A stretch of 64,000 nucleotides of DNA from Nageia nagi (taxonomy: Eukaryota; Plantae; Pinophyta), in assembly GCA_050084985.1 (NCBI GenBank), contig JBITNC010000001.1, positions 168,206,001 to 168,270,000 on the forward strand. Direction: 5' to 3'. The translations under genes and the position numbers were made by a program. The number at the start of each line of letters is the position of its first letter. The first letter of the stretch is position 1. The notes under the pieces were generated by a model. The model was given only the letters and a program-made list of their open reading frames with translations, made no database searches and had not been told where the DNA came from. This document shows, piece after piece, positions 36,476-49,468 of the stretch.

Positions 36476-38539
36476 CAAAACAAGTTATGTATCACATGTG
36501 GGTATGTCTTTATGTGCATTTCCCTCATTTTTGAAAGTGGGTTATACAATTTCATGAAGATTATGTGTACATCATACTTGACACCATTTATATGCAGGGA
36601 TGGAAAAGGAATGAGAGCTTGGAAAATAGCAAGACATGGAAGTTCATGCTGAAAATTGTACTTTTTTAAATTTGAATTCAATTTTGGTAACACATGCCTT
36701 TTTATTTTAATAGCAGATGTATAATCAATTTTCTAGCCAAAAATTGTTGTAAGTAATTCAACCATTGATATATGTTTTTAATGATTTTGAAATCATTATT
36801 ACTTCTTATTGTCATTAGTTGGGATGATTTGTCAAGGTTCGATACTCATTTACAATCCTTTTCGTTTGAAATATATATATATTTATTGCCTAGAACTATT
36901 GAAAGACTAAGAAAAAATACTTTTCAATTGAAAAATTGATCTACCCATCAACATGAAAGTTAAAGAGTTGTAGTAGTTGATGTTGGGTGGATATTTATAA
37001 CAAGCTAAATTTGAACTAAAAATATTTAGTTGAGTGAGAATATAGTTAGATTCTAAAGAAAATTTTGACAACTATTTATTATAAAATGTATTATGTAATG
37101 TGAAAATTATTTGGTAGTTATCATGAAACGTTAGGGAGTTGGAAGAAAAGTAGGTGTGAAAACTCTCAAATGATGTGAAAAGAGTCCCATGTTCAAATTC
37201 CCCTCTCATATGCTAGTGATCTATCTCAAATATGACATGATGGTGACATGTCCAGTAATTAGTTTTTGAACTACTTTGTAAAAGGGTTAGGGCTCTTTTA
37301 ATACCCCTACTTAAATACCATTACAAGATTTGTTGTTGTCGAGTTGACATGTGGTCCTTGTATAACATTTGTTTTTTATGTTTATTAAGTTTTTTTCTAA
37401 TGTTTTGTGAAACACTAATAAATGCTTAGTCAAAATTTAATGTCCTTGAAACCTATTGGTTTGTAGGATCTATCAAGAGTTTTTAAATATCACCAATGTA
37501 GGAGGTGGGAGTAGAACTTAAGACATTCATTATCATCACACCTTAGTTGTTTCCCAAATCCCTTGTAAGAGGTGATAAGTTATTGTATAGAAGTTTTAAC
37601 AAACATCATCATATTGTTCTTAATTTAGATGTAGAATTTTATTTTAATTATTTATTTTCATTGAGTGGGTGTGAGTGATTGTGGTTAATTATCTTTAGGA
37701 GTCTTCTTATTTTTCTTGGAATATTTATCCATTTGGGTATCATTCATTATTTTTCTTTAGATGAGAAACATTCATTCAAATACTTAATTTATATATATTT
37801 ACTTATGGAAACAATTTGATAGGTCCTAAAAACCAATGGGCTTAAAAGGATGTTAAATGATATCTATCTCTCTACATATAAAATTATTTGTTAATTACAA
37901 AATATAAAATAATTTGAAATTTTCAATTGAAGGGTGGATTTTAAATATACATATCAATAATTTTTTAATGTTTGAATTTGATTGGGTTTCTTTTCATTGT
38001 TACTTTTATTAGAATTTTGGCTCTGATACCTCTCTCGAATTTTATCTTTAGTGCCTTAAAATTGCTTATTTTTTCCAATATGCAGAACAAGTTGTATGCC
38101 ACATGTGGGCAAGTCTTTGCGTCCATTACCATCATTCTTAGAAATGGGATCTACTATTTCATGAAGGTTATGTACATCACATAAAATATCATTTATATGC
38201 AGGGGTGGAAGAGGAAGGAGAGCTTGGTAAAGAGAAACACATGAGAGTTCATGCTTAAAATTTGACTTTTTATCAATCTTTTAAATTTTAATTCAATAGG
38301 ATTAAAAATCCATTTAAATTTAAAAATTTTAAAGTTGTTTCTCTATATTTCTAAAATATTATTTTACATGTTTTTTCATTTTAGTAGCATATGACTTTTC
38401 ATTTTACTAATATATGTATAATCAATTTTCTAGAAGGCAATTAGAAACTAGTTATAGCAATGGAGTTGTTACGATTATAGCAATGGTCAAACTGGTTATA
38501 AGAATGGAGTTATTGCGATTAGAAACTAAGTTGCTATAG

Positions 38540-39600
38540 TCAAGAATAGTGCAAAAGTCAAATTATTGTACTTTGAGGTTGATGATGTCAACAAAAGGGT
38601 AGCCACAATGAGACATCAATAGGAAATAGGGAAATATCCCACTTTTAAAGGGACATCAACCAAAGTGTTGTCGCAATGTAGCATAGGGAAAATTGATATG
38701 TTGTGCTTTCCATAGGATGATGTCAGCAAATATATTATTGTAATGTGACACAAGGAGAATAACACTGAGTGTCACACAATTAGAGTAGTGGCATTAACAA
38801 AATGATTGTTAAAATGTGGTACAATAAGAAATGCATTAAGTGTCAAGCAGTAAGATAAATGATGTCAACAAAAGCTTGAAGAAAGTTTGGTAAGGTAATA
38901 AGGCACCAAATGTCAAGCGATGAGAATGATGATATCAACAAAAGCTTGAGAGTGATGTAATAAGGTGAGAAATGAAAAGAGAGAAGACTCCTTCACCAAG
39001 ATCAACCTTGAAATATCCTCTTCTTTACCACAATGGAACTCACACTACAAGAACACAAACACACTCTCATTCACCTATAAAGTAACACAAGCAAGTATAG
39101 TGGTTCCTATAAAGGTGAACTCTATTACTTCACAACAATTACAAAGCTCTCTCATAATCTACCTACTGCAACCAAGAGCATAACTTTTCCTCTTACAAGT
39201 GTTATGAATCCATGAGAGAAGACTCCAATTTATAGCACAAAACTCCCTCATGGGCTCACCCTTTTACCCAAGTGGTAATCCTAAAATCCAATGGAAAAGC
39301 ATGTCCCTTTTTAACTAAGGGACAAACTTCTTCTACAAGTGGATGAGGTGTACAATAAGTTGCACTTATTTTAACTACCTAAATACTAAAAGGTATTCAT
39401 AAATACTTTAAGTATTTAGGCAAATTAATCTAAGTGAATTACAATTTAGATACATACTAATGCATTGCAAAATTATAACAAGAAAAATATTGAATGTCAT
39501 GTGACTAGAATGACGATGTTAGCAAAAGTATGAACATAATGTTGGGTTTGTAAGGCATGATAAGATGTGACATGATATGACACAACATGACAAGCACAAC
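38540..39600. repeat. Dispersed degenerate repeat rich in GATGATGTCAACAAAA motifs, copy 1 (split by the solo LTR)
   Basis: Colinear with ~58970-59490 over about 550 bp. Confidence 0.75.
38973..39480 (-). mobile_element. Solo LTR (508 bp) with 5-bp TSD
   Basis: TG...CA ends, flanked by AGAAA at 38968-38972 and 39481-39485. It interrupts a repeat whose uninterrupted copy is at ~59390-59420. Distantly similar to the Copia LTRs at 39822 and 56102. Confidence 0.85.
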
Positions 39601-41592
39601 ATTATACGATAAAGTACCAAAATGTATCCAACGAGAGAGAAAAGCTCTCAGGAAGCTTGAAATACATTCTATCTTGAAGATGGAAGTCCAACATATGTAA
39701 AGAGGAAAATCTAATTTGGATGTGATTCCAACAATGGAAATTACGAGACTAAAGAGCTAAGCTGAAGACTTAAGCATTCAAACTTGTTTAATACTTGAAA
39801 CAAGGAAACACGAATGCAAACTATTAGAATGTATAATGCATTATTGTAAAGGTTTGTATTAAATCTTTTATGTAAAGTTCACTAATACTTAAGGGTATCA
39901 TTTGATACCTTAAGTATTTAAGTGAATATGATAATGTAACTTATCCTACACTCCATGTCATAAGCATGCCCCTTGTGTAAAAGGATGTGCATGTCATGCT
40001 TTTGTACATTGGATAAAAGGGTGATCTAAAGAGAGATTTTGGCCTATAAATAGAAGGCTTCCTCTTTGTGATCACACACCAATTTGGAGTAAAGTTATGC
40101 TATAGGATAGAAGTGTAGGAGTTGAGATTAGGAGGATTGTAAAAGATTTGTATTTGTGATTGAAGTAAAGATCTAGTTAGTGGATGTACTCCTAGTTGGA
40201 GGAACCACTTACATCTTATGTTGTGAGATTGCTTTATGAGTTTGTTAGATGTAATTGTGAGCTTTCATATGATCTTGGTTGATTAAGAATTATCTTGTTA
40301 ATGTTAGTTCCTTCAAATTGATATCAAAGCTCCTTGGAAGCTCCTCTTTACATCTTTGGTTTGGAAGCTCTTTTTCATCTCTCTTGGAGATCTTCTTCTT
40401 TTATTGAGGTCTTGTTGAGGTAAAACTAAGAAAAGGTATAACTACTTTCATTCTTGGTTATTTTTTGGTTTATTTCATTAATGATACTAACATACCTTGT
40501 GACATATGTTAGATCATTTTTTTTATAAACTATGGTTGAAATAGTGATATTTTTTATTATACTAACTTCTTATGTTAAGTGCAATTTTTTTTCAAATTGC
40601 TTAACATATTGTTATTTTTTTAACTAAGAAGGTTAGTATATAAAAATTACAATTTTTTTATAAGCTATTCATTTTTGAAATAGAGAAACTCTTAAACTTC
40701 TTTAACATATCTATAAAAAAATATTTGTGTATTTTTTATTATATACAAGTTAGAGTTTCTTTTTCCAATAATGAATTTTAGTTTTTAAATAAACATAACT
40801 TTTACCTAATGTTTTTGCAAACAAAAAAAAAAGTTTTTTTTTTTTCAAAAGTATATGTTGTGGTGGAATTTTTTTTGGATCTTTGCTAGCTGATCTCTAT
40901 TGCCTGTTACTCTTGTTTGCATGGCTACCTTGCTATTTCCCTACGCTCTCATTCTACATCCAGCTTTCGTAAGGGGCTTTCAAATCTCGTGTAGCCCTTT
41001 TTTCCTTAGCTCTTCTCTGCCCTTTGTCTCACCATGAAATGTATTGAGGACAATTGGAAAGGTGAAGTGATCTTGTTGGCCCCTATCACCCTCTTCCTTA
41101 TGGCCTCTCTCCATTCTCTCTGGTTTGAAACCCTATGCAAAGCTATTTCCTTGCTACCTTCCTGGTCACAGCCCCTTCATTCCCAATTTTGAAACCTCTC
41201 ATCCTTCTTATGTGTGAGTGATATTGATATCACTTTGGTGGGTAAGTGACAAGTTTGTATGACTCTAAAAATGTGAGCAATAGAAGACCCTTTTTTTCTA
41301 GTCATAGCCCTCGCCAAGCTGGACCTACACTAGGCTTTACATCCTCTAGGCTATGTTTTGTCAGCCCCCTCGTCACCTTCTCATGTATGGTCTTCTCCTC
41401 TACCATAGCCTCACATAATTCAACTAGACCAACTAGCCCTCTCCTCCACCTCACTGCCCTCTGTTATGCCATCGTGTGGCTCCATCCCATGCTCCTCTTT
41501 CTTCAGCCCCCTCATCGCCTTCTCATCTATGGTCTTCTCCTCCGCCATAACCTCACATAGTTCAACTAGACCAATTGGCCCTCTTCTCTACC

Positions 41593-44500
41593 TGAAGGTA
41601 CTAACACTAACAAGATAATTCTTTGAAAGCTCACAATACACATCTAACAATTTCATAAATAAGATAATCTCACAAAGTAACTCAAGATCTAAAGTAGTTC
41701 CTCTAACTAGGAGTACATCCCCTAACTAGATCTTTAATTCAATCATAAATACAACTCTCTTACAATCCTCCTAATCTCAATTCCTACACCTCTATCCTAT
41801 AGTATAACATTACTTCACAATTTGGTATGTGATCGCAAAGAGGGAGCCTTCTATTTATAGGCCAAAATCCTTCTTTAGATCACCCTTTTATTCAATGTAC
41901 AAAAGCATGACATGCACATCCTTTTACCCAAGGGGCATGCTCATGACATATGTATAACTAAACAGTGCCAAAAGATACATAAGAGTTCCTCACATATGGA
42001 TAACTGAACAATGCTAAAATGATAAAAAATAAAGCATGCACATACAAGTTCCTCACATATGGATAACTGAATAATGCCAAAAGACACATAAGAGTTCCTC
42101 ACACATGGATAACTAAATAGTGCTATATTGGCCAATTTGTACAATAAGTTCCTCATGTAGAGCAAACTTACCATGAAGGTGTACAACATAATCAACACTA
42201 TACAACATAAAATCCTCCTAAGCGTGAAGTTATCATCACAAACATGAATTCAACATAAGAATTCAAATTTCATTCCCCTTGAGGGTAACTTCACCAACCC
42301 AATAGCATCCCTAAGCTTACAGAACTAAAATTTTAGGAGAGGCTTGATGAACAAATCAACATAGTTCAAGGTGGATGGATAATACTCCAAGTGTATGATG
42401 CCATTAAGAACCTTCTCCCTGATAAAATAGGTATGGATTTTCACATGTTTTATTCTCTAATGGAACATTGGATTCTTAACCAAAGAAATAACTAACTAAT
42501 TATCTGAAGAGATCAAAGATGAGCAACCTTGCTCATACCTAATTTCTTTCATAAGATACCTTAGCCAAATGGCTTCTTGGGTTACAATAGACATGGTATG
42601 GTATTCAGTTTCTATAGTGCAAAAAAGAAATAGTAGGTTGCTTCTTGAAAGCCCAAGAGATAACACCTAAACCAATGCTAAACACATACATAAAGGTTAA
42701 CTTCCTATCATCTCTATCTCCTCTATAGTCAGAATCTAAGAATCTAGAGAGAACAAATGAAGGTAACTTGGAATACTTGAGAGCAAGATCTTTAGTCTTT
42801 GTAACATACCTCAAGATTTGCATAACAACATTGAGGTGCTTAACATAAGGTTTCTACATAATCGTGCCATTAGATTCATTACAAAGGTAATATTTAGCCT
42901 GGATATAGTCAAATGCAAAAGACTACCAATTATTTGCATGTAAATTGTAGAATCAGCTAACTAAGAGTTAGAACTTAAAGAAATAGTGATTCCAGGAGAG
43001 ATAAGATTGTAACATATCTACACTCCTCCATTTCAAACTTTTGCAAGATGTTTGATATATACTTAGATTGACTGAGGTAAATACAATCTTTGTATTGATA
43101 CATTTGCATTCCAAGATAATAGTGCAAGAGACTAAAATCAATCATTTTAAATATTAATTTAAGTTTGGATATTCCCTCTTAAATGATTTCATCATTGTTC
43201 TTAGTAATCAAAAGATCATCTATATAAAGGAGAATCAAGACCACATATTTTTTTGATTGAGCACATATATATCAATATCAGAATAACACTTGGAGAATAT
43301 AATATCTATAAAGCACTTTAAAATCTTTCTGTACTAAGCTCAAGGTGCTTGCTTAAGTCCATACAATGACTTCTTTAGCTTGCACATAAAGGACTTTGCC
43401 TTTCACAATAAACCCTTCTAGTTGATTCATGAAGATTTCCACATCTAAGTCACCATTGAAAAATGCACTCTTAACATCAAGTTGAAAAACATTCCATCCT
43501 TGAGCTACAAAAAGACCAATGATAACTCTCACAGTAGGCATATTTGCCATGGGAGTAAAAGTTTTCTTATAATCTACATTGTATTTCTGAGTAAAACCTT
43601 TAGCTACTAACCTTACCTTGTATTTATCAATATCTCCAATTGAATTGAACTTGACCTTGTAGATCAACTTATTACCAATTACATTCTTTTCATTGAAATA
43701 AAGAACTAAGTCTTAAGTTTTATTTTTCGTAAATGCCTCATACTCCATTTTCATGACTTTCATCCAACACTCGTGCTTAGAAAGTTCTTTGAAGGTACTC
43801 ATGCTTAGAAACCTCTTTGAAGGTTGAGGGCTCATGTTTGTTGTCAATCTTGACAATTAAGGATTTGTTTAAGGTCATGCTCCTTGTTACCTTTTGTGTT
43901 GGAGAATTTTGTTCTTGAGGTGACTTATCTACATCAATATCCAACCAGCTAGGTGCAATTGAAGAGTCCTCTGGATCATCATCTTCATTAGAAGTAAAAT
44001 TTTCAAAAATTTCATTGAATTTTGCATCCCTTGAAATGAATACTACTTTATAGGTTAGAGAGTAGAGCCTATAGCCTCTATGCTAACTATCATAACCCAT
44101 AAAGATGTATTTTTTAGCTCTTTTGTTTAACTTTTTTCTTTTCTTAGAAATAATATAGAAGAATGCTTCACAATCAAACACCCTCAGATGAGAAATGTTA
44201 GGTTTTTTTCTTGACCATGCTTCAAAAAGAGTTTTACTTTGAATGACTTTTGTGAGACACTTATTCAAGGTGTAAATAGCAATGCTCACAGCTTCATTTC
44301 ACAAGAATTCAGAAAGATTACTCAACATGCATCTAGCCATCTCCATAATTATTTTATATTTTCTTTCGGTAATACCATTCTGCTAAAAAATATATGGAAT
44401 TGTAAACTACCTCTTGATTCCATACTTAACATAATAGTCATTGAACTCATTGCTGTTATATTCTCCTCCATTATCTAATCTCAACATCTTGATTTTAAAG

Positions 44501-47500
44501 TTGTTTGATTCTCAATAAAGGCCTTAAAAATCTTAAAATTCTCAAAGGTTTGATCTTTATGCTCAAGTAGATACCCAAAGGTCATCCTACTAAAGTTATC
44601 AATGAAGGTCAAAACATAAGATGCTCTTTTAAGTGACTTAGTTTGAAATAGACTTATCAAATCTGAATGCACAAGTTGAAGAGGTTGAGATGCTTTTGTT
44701 ACCTTATCTTTTTCAAACTTTTATTTATGCATCTTACCAAAAATGCACTTATTGCATAGACCAACCGAAGAAGAAATTGAGGGCAAACCTTTTACAAGTT
44801 CTTGGTCTTTTATGATTTGAATATTTTTATGGTTAAAATGCTCTAAACGATGGTGCTAAAGATTGTCTCTAGAACACACACTAGAAGTAAGACACATCTT
44901 TGATGGAATTTTATTCATAATGTAGAGGTTATCTTTCACAGATCCTTTAACCAAAGTGGTAAGTCTTTTTTTAATGCACCAGAATTGAGAGTCGAAATCA
45001 AAAGTGTACCCTTTTCTAGCAACTTGGATCATAGAGAGAAGGTTCATCCTTAACTTAGGAATATAAAGAATATTTTTAAGAACTTTTTTGTGAATCAACA
45101 CACTTCCAATTCCTTGGACTTCAAAGGTAGAGTTATCACCTATCACAATCGTATCCTTTTTATACTTGTGAAAGTTCTTAAACTTTTTTCTTTCAAAGCA
45201 TAGGTGATTAGTGTAACCAAAGTCAACAATCCATTCAGATGAAAAAAATCGAGACATGAAGTAGAGCATCGTAACAAAACTAGCATGAGTATTTTTCTTT
45301 CTTTTATAGTTTTTTATATTTCTATAATTTTTTTACTTTTTCTCTTTTTTTTTTTGTAACAATCAACTTCTTTATAACCTTGAATGTCATAATAGTTACA
45401 ATTGGCATCAAACTTTTCTTTATGATAAGGAGTGTTTGCTTTGCCTTTTCCATCTCTTTGCTTGTAAAAATTATTGTTACCATTATTTCTATTGTTATGG
45501 TTATTATTCATGTTATTCCTATTGCTATTGTATCCATTACCTCTTTTCTCAAATCTTTTGGAGGAAGAAGGATAAGATTTCTTTTGATGATTAAACTTCT
45601 TGAAAGGAGTTTTGATTACACTAAGGGCAATGTTATTATCCTTAGAAGAAAAAATCAACACCTTATTATTAAGGGTTTTCTCATACTTCAATAGATGCCT
45701 AGATAGGTTTTCAAGGGAGATGACTTCTTCATCATCAAGCCTTATTTTCATAACTGTTACAAAGTTTCTAAATTTTGAAAAGAGGTTTTGAAGAATGATG
45801 AAAACCATAAATTCATCATTGATCTAATTGCACTCACAAGCAACAAATTGGATCCTTAGGTCAATGATTTTGTTCAAGTAGATAGCCACATTTTCATCTT
45901 TCTTTTGATGAGATTGAAGCAGCTTTTGAAAAATGGTAAACCTTTTTAAAAAGTTTAAACTAAGGTACATTTGTTTAAGTTTATCCCATGTTTCTTTTGT
46001 TAAGGTTGAAGAAGAAATCATCAGAAGCATATCATCTAAAATTGCACAATAAATCATGGAGGTTACCAACTTATTCTTTGTGTTATAAGCTTCTAATATC
46101 TTCTTATATGTAAGAGGTACAAGGTTCTCATTCAGTATTTGCCAAAGCTTCATTACCTATAATTCAGCTCTCATTCGAGGTTCGCAAATCCCATAGTTGA
46201 AATAATCAAGAATATGTTTAGGTAAAAAGGATTCTCCTATTTGCTATACAAAAATATGAAATAATAAGCATATGTTTTCAATAAACCAAGTAAATAATAC
46301 ATGTTACATTTAATACTAAAGACATACTTGATTTGATTCATAAATGCAAATGTTTTACAATTCAAATAATAACTCATGTATCCAAATACATTTTTTATCT
46401 TAAGAATCATAGATATAGAGTGATATTATTGAAGCTTATTTTTTATCTAAAATTAGACCTTCACCTAGATGCCCACACAAGAGGAGCCCAAGTATGTGAC
46501 CAATATACTCTGACAAAAAGAAGTACTACCTATTTTCTAAGGTTTCGATATTTATTGTATTGGCCAAATTATTAATCTTGATTAGGTTTCAAGTTGTCCT
46601 TCTAGGTTATTAGGATAATCCCTAAATAAACATGTGGACATATGGTATCACTACACATATGCTTGTCCACCTAATAGAGTTAAGTCCAAACTAATAGAGG
46701 ATTTAAAGGTAATTAAGAAATATAGACTTTTCACCATTTGGATCATCAGACTTAAAGGCTCTAATTCATCTGTCCTCACCTCATGGCTCCCTAAATAAGT
46801 CATGTTACGGAATGTACATGTGGATGTGTTCATTTTAAGGGGTTGCTCATATCAATATTTGCATTTTGTTTGCATAAGCAAATTAATCAAAATACGAAAT
46901 ATGAAATAAAAAAGCATAAGTAAAACATCATCCATTCAATAACTTAAAACCTAAGTTTCTAATGGGTTTTATTTACCAACCCCTAAAGAACATCTTTACA
47001 TCAATCCTCATTTTGCACAAGTTAACTTTGCAAAAATAAATACTTAAGCATAAGCATGTATTAATTCCAAAGTTAACTTAAGGAATTAGGTCCTAAGCAT
47101 GCAACATTATATTAAAAAATAAGTAATAGACATGCATTATTTCACTTAAGCATTCATCATTCCATAATTTGCACAAGTTAATTCATTAACTTTGTATAAA
47201 AATTGCATAAGGACATTTATAACATTGCATCAAAGATCTAAAAAAAAAATTAAGTATTGCATAAGGATTCAATATTTAATAAGTATCCAAAAATTTATAA
47301 AATTTCTCATTTATTTTTAATTAAAATCATGATCCCTTAAGACAAAAATAGCATTAGCAACAAAATTACATTATTAGTTTTCCTTAGAGAAAATATTTTA
47401 ACTTAAAAAAAAATGCTAAGCATTAATGCCAACAATAAGCACGTAAAAAAAGCTTAAATAATGTAATTATAGGCATTAAAAAAGGCTACTTCAAAAAAGG

Positions 47501-48570
47501 AATTGATTTTCTCCATTTAAACAAGTAATCATCATTTAAACTTCATTAAATGGAGAAGGAAGTCATGCACTTAAACAAATGACATTTAATATATTTTTTG
47601 AAGTTGAAGCTTACTCAAAATTTTTTACTTTAAGTACTAAATTTAATGCGGCAAATGATGGTCTAACTAGAACTTTATTTGCAAGTTAAAAAAATTCCTT
47701 GTAAGTAACCATAGAGTAAAAATATTTTCAAAAAAAAATGTGCATGGTGTTGCAAACAAGTAGGAGGAGAATTGGATGAAGGGCAATAGAAGCTACATGG
47801 GGAGGGAAATGACCATGTGACCTTTTTCATTTTTGCCAAACTTTGAGACATTAGTTTTCAAATCTTCAGCAACTTGAGAGAGCTGTGAGATGGAGGGCAA
47901 TATGCCAGACCAAAGTCAAAAAAGCAGACCATGAGGGACAATAGAGTAGACCATGAGGGACAACCGCAAGGGATAGGTTAAAGTGGAGAGTCTCAAGGTT
48001 GTGCATAATACGCCATACCTCAACCAGAAGAGGAGACTATGAGGGATGAGGAGTAAAAGAAGTCACATGAGGAACAAGCATCATGGCAGGAAGCAGATAG
48101 AGAGCCACCAAAGTTGCATAAGAATGGAAGAGATCTATGCAAGTTCGAGGATGAAGAGCTCTTTGGAGGAGAGAGTTGCATGAATATGGAGAGGAAAGGG
48201 AAGTATACATGAGGTGCCAATCAAAGGAGGGCATATAAATGCCTAATAAATAACCATGAGTGCTGCTAAGGAGTGGTGGTCCTAATCAAGATAAGGAGTG
48301 GCATCATGGCAAGAAAAAAAATCAAGCGAGGGCTGAGTCTAGGCTATGATGAATGGCTTGTGAGGGTTTAAAAAAAAAATAACAAATCAAAAGATTTTTG
48401 TTGTCAACCTCAAGGCAAAAAAAAGGTTGTAGCAGAGAATGCAAGACTAGGTCAATTTCTTGTAGAGCTTTGCAAGCTGGAAGGGGTGTGCCAAAGGAGA
48501 TCCCGTTGTTTTTTTTTTAAACCAACATTTTGAAATAATTTCCAAAAAAAAAATTGCCAACAAAGGTTTT

Positions 48571-48614
<44 letters not shown>

Positions 48615-49468
48615 TTTTGAAATACAATATACCCCCCTTTGTATATTATTTTCAAAAAAAAATTGAAACAAATTTCATTTTTTTTTTGCATACTAACCTT
48701 TTTTTTAAAATAAATTAGCAATATTCTAAGTAATAAAAAAATTGCAAAAAAAAGGTTAGTAACCAATTGTATCATTTTAAGAAAAAAGATGAACTAACAC
48801 ATTTAAAAAAATGTTAGTATCACATAAAAAAATAAAAAAAATTATACCTTTTCTTATGTATACCTCAAACAAGAAAAAGTAAAACTCAAGGGATGAAGGA
48901 TGGAGAACCTCCAAGATGTTGAAGAAGATCTTTCACACTAGGAGAAGAGCTTCCACACCAAATTGGAAGATCTAACACTAACAAGATAATTTCTAAACAA
49001 CCAAGATCTCTTGAAAGCTTACAATACATATCTAACAATTTCACAAATAAGACAATCTCACAAAGTAACTCAAGATGTAAAGTGATTCCTCCAACTAGGA
49101 GTACATCCACTAACTAGATCTTTACTTCAATCACAAATACAACTCTCTTACAATCCTCTTAATCTTAATTCCTACACTTCTATCCTATAGCATAACTTTA
49201 CTCCATAATTTGGTGTGTGATCACAAAGAGGGAGCCTTCTATTTACAGGCCAAAATCTCTCTTTGGATCACCCTTTTATCCAATGTACAAAAGTATAACA
49301 TACACATCCTTTTAACCAAGGGGCATGCTCATGACATGGACTGTAGGACAAGTTACATGATCATATTCACTTAAATACTTAAGGTATCAAATGATACCCT
49401 TAAGTATTAGTGAATTTATATAGATATTTAATACAAACCTTTACAATAATGCATTATACATTCCAACA
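41593..49468 (-). mobile_element. Ty1/Copia element (inner), same family, nested in inverted orientation in the outer element's 5' leader
   Basis: 5' LTR ~48964-49468 (starts TGTTGGAATG on -); truncated 3' LTR 41593-~41950; gag-pol remnants ~46240-42270 are colinear with the outer copy. Its two LTRs share indels that are absent from the outer pair. Confidence 0.92.
48576..48611. repeat. (AT)n microsatellite, ~18 units
   Basis: Directly visible. Confidence 0.95.

Noticed and set aside
37140-37215. B-box-like GTTCAAATTCC suggesting a tRNA or SINE
   Set aside because: No cloverleaf, convincing A-box, tail or TSD could be established.
38020-38030. GCTCTGATACC (reverse Met-tRNA PBS)
   Set aside because: No adjacent LTR end or gag sequence; orphan or chance match.
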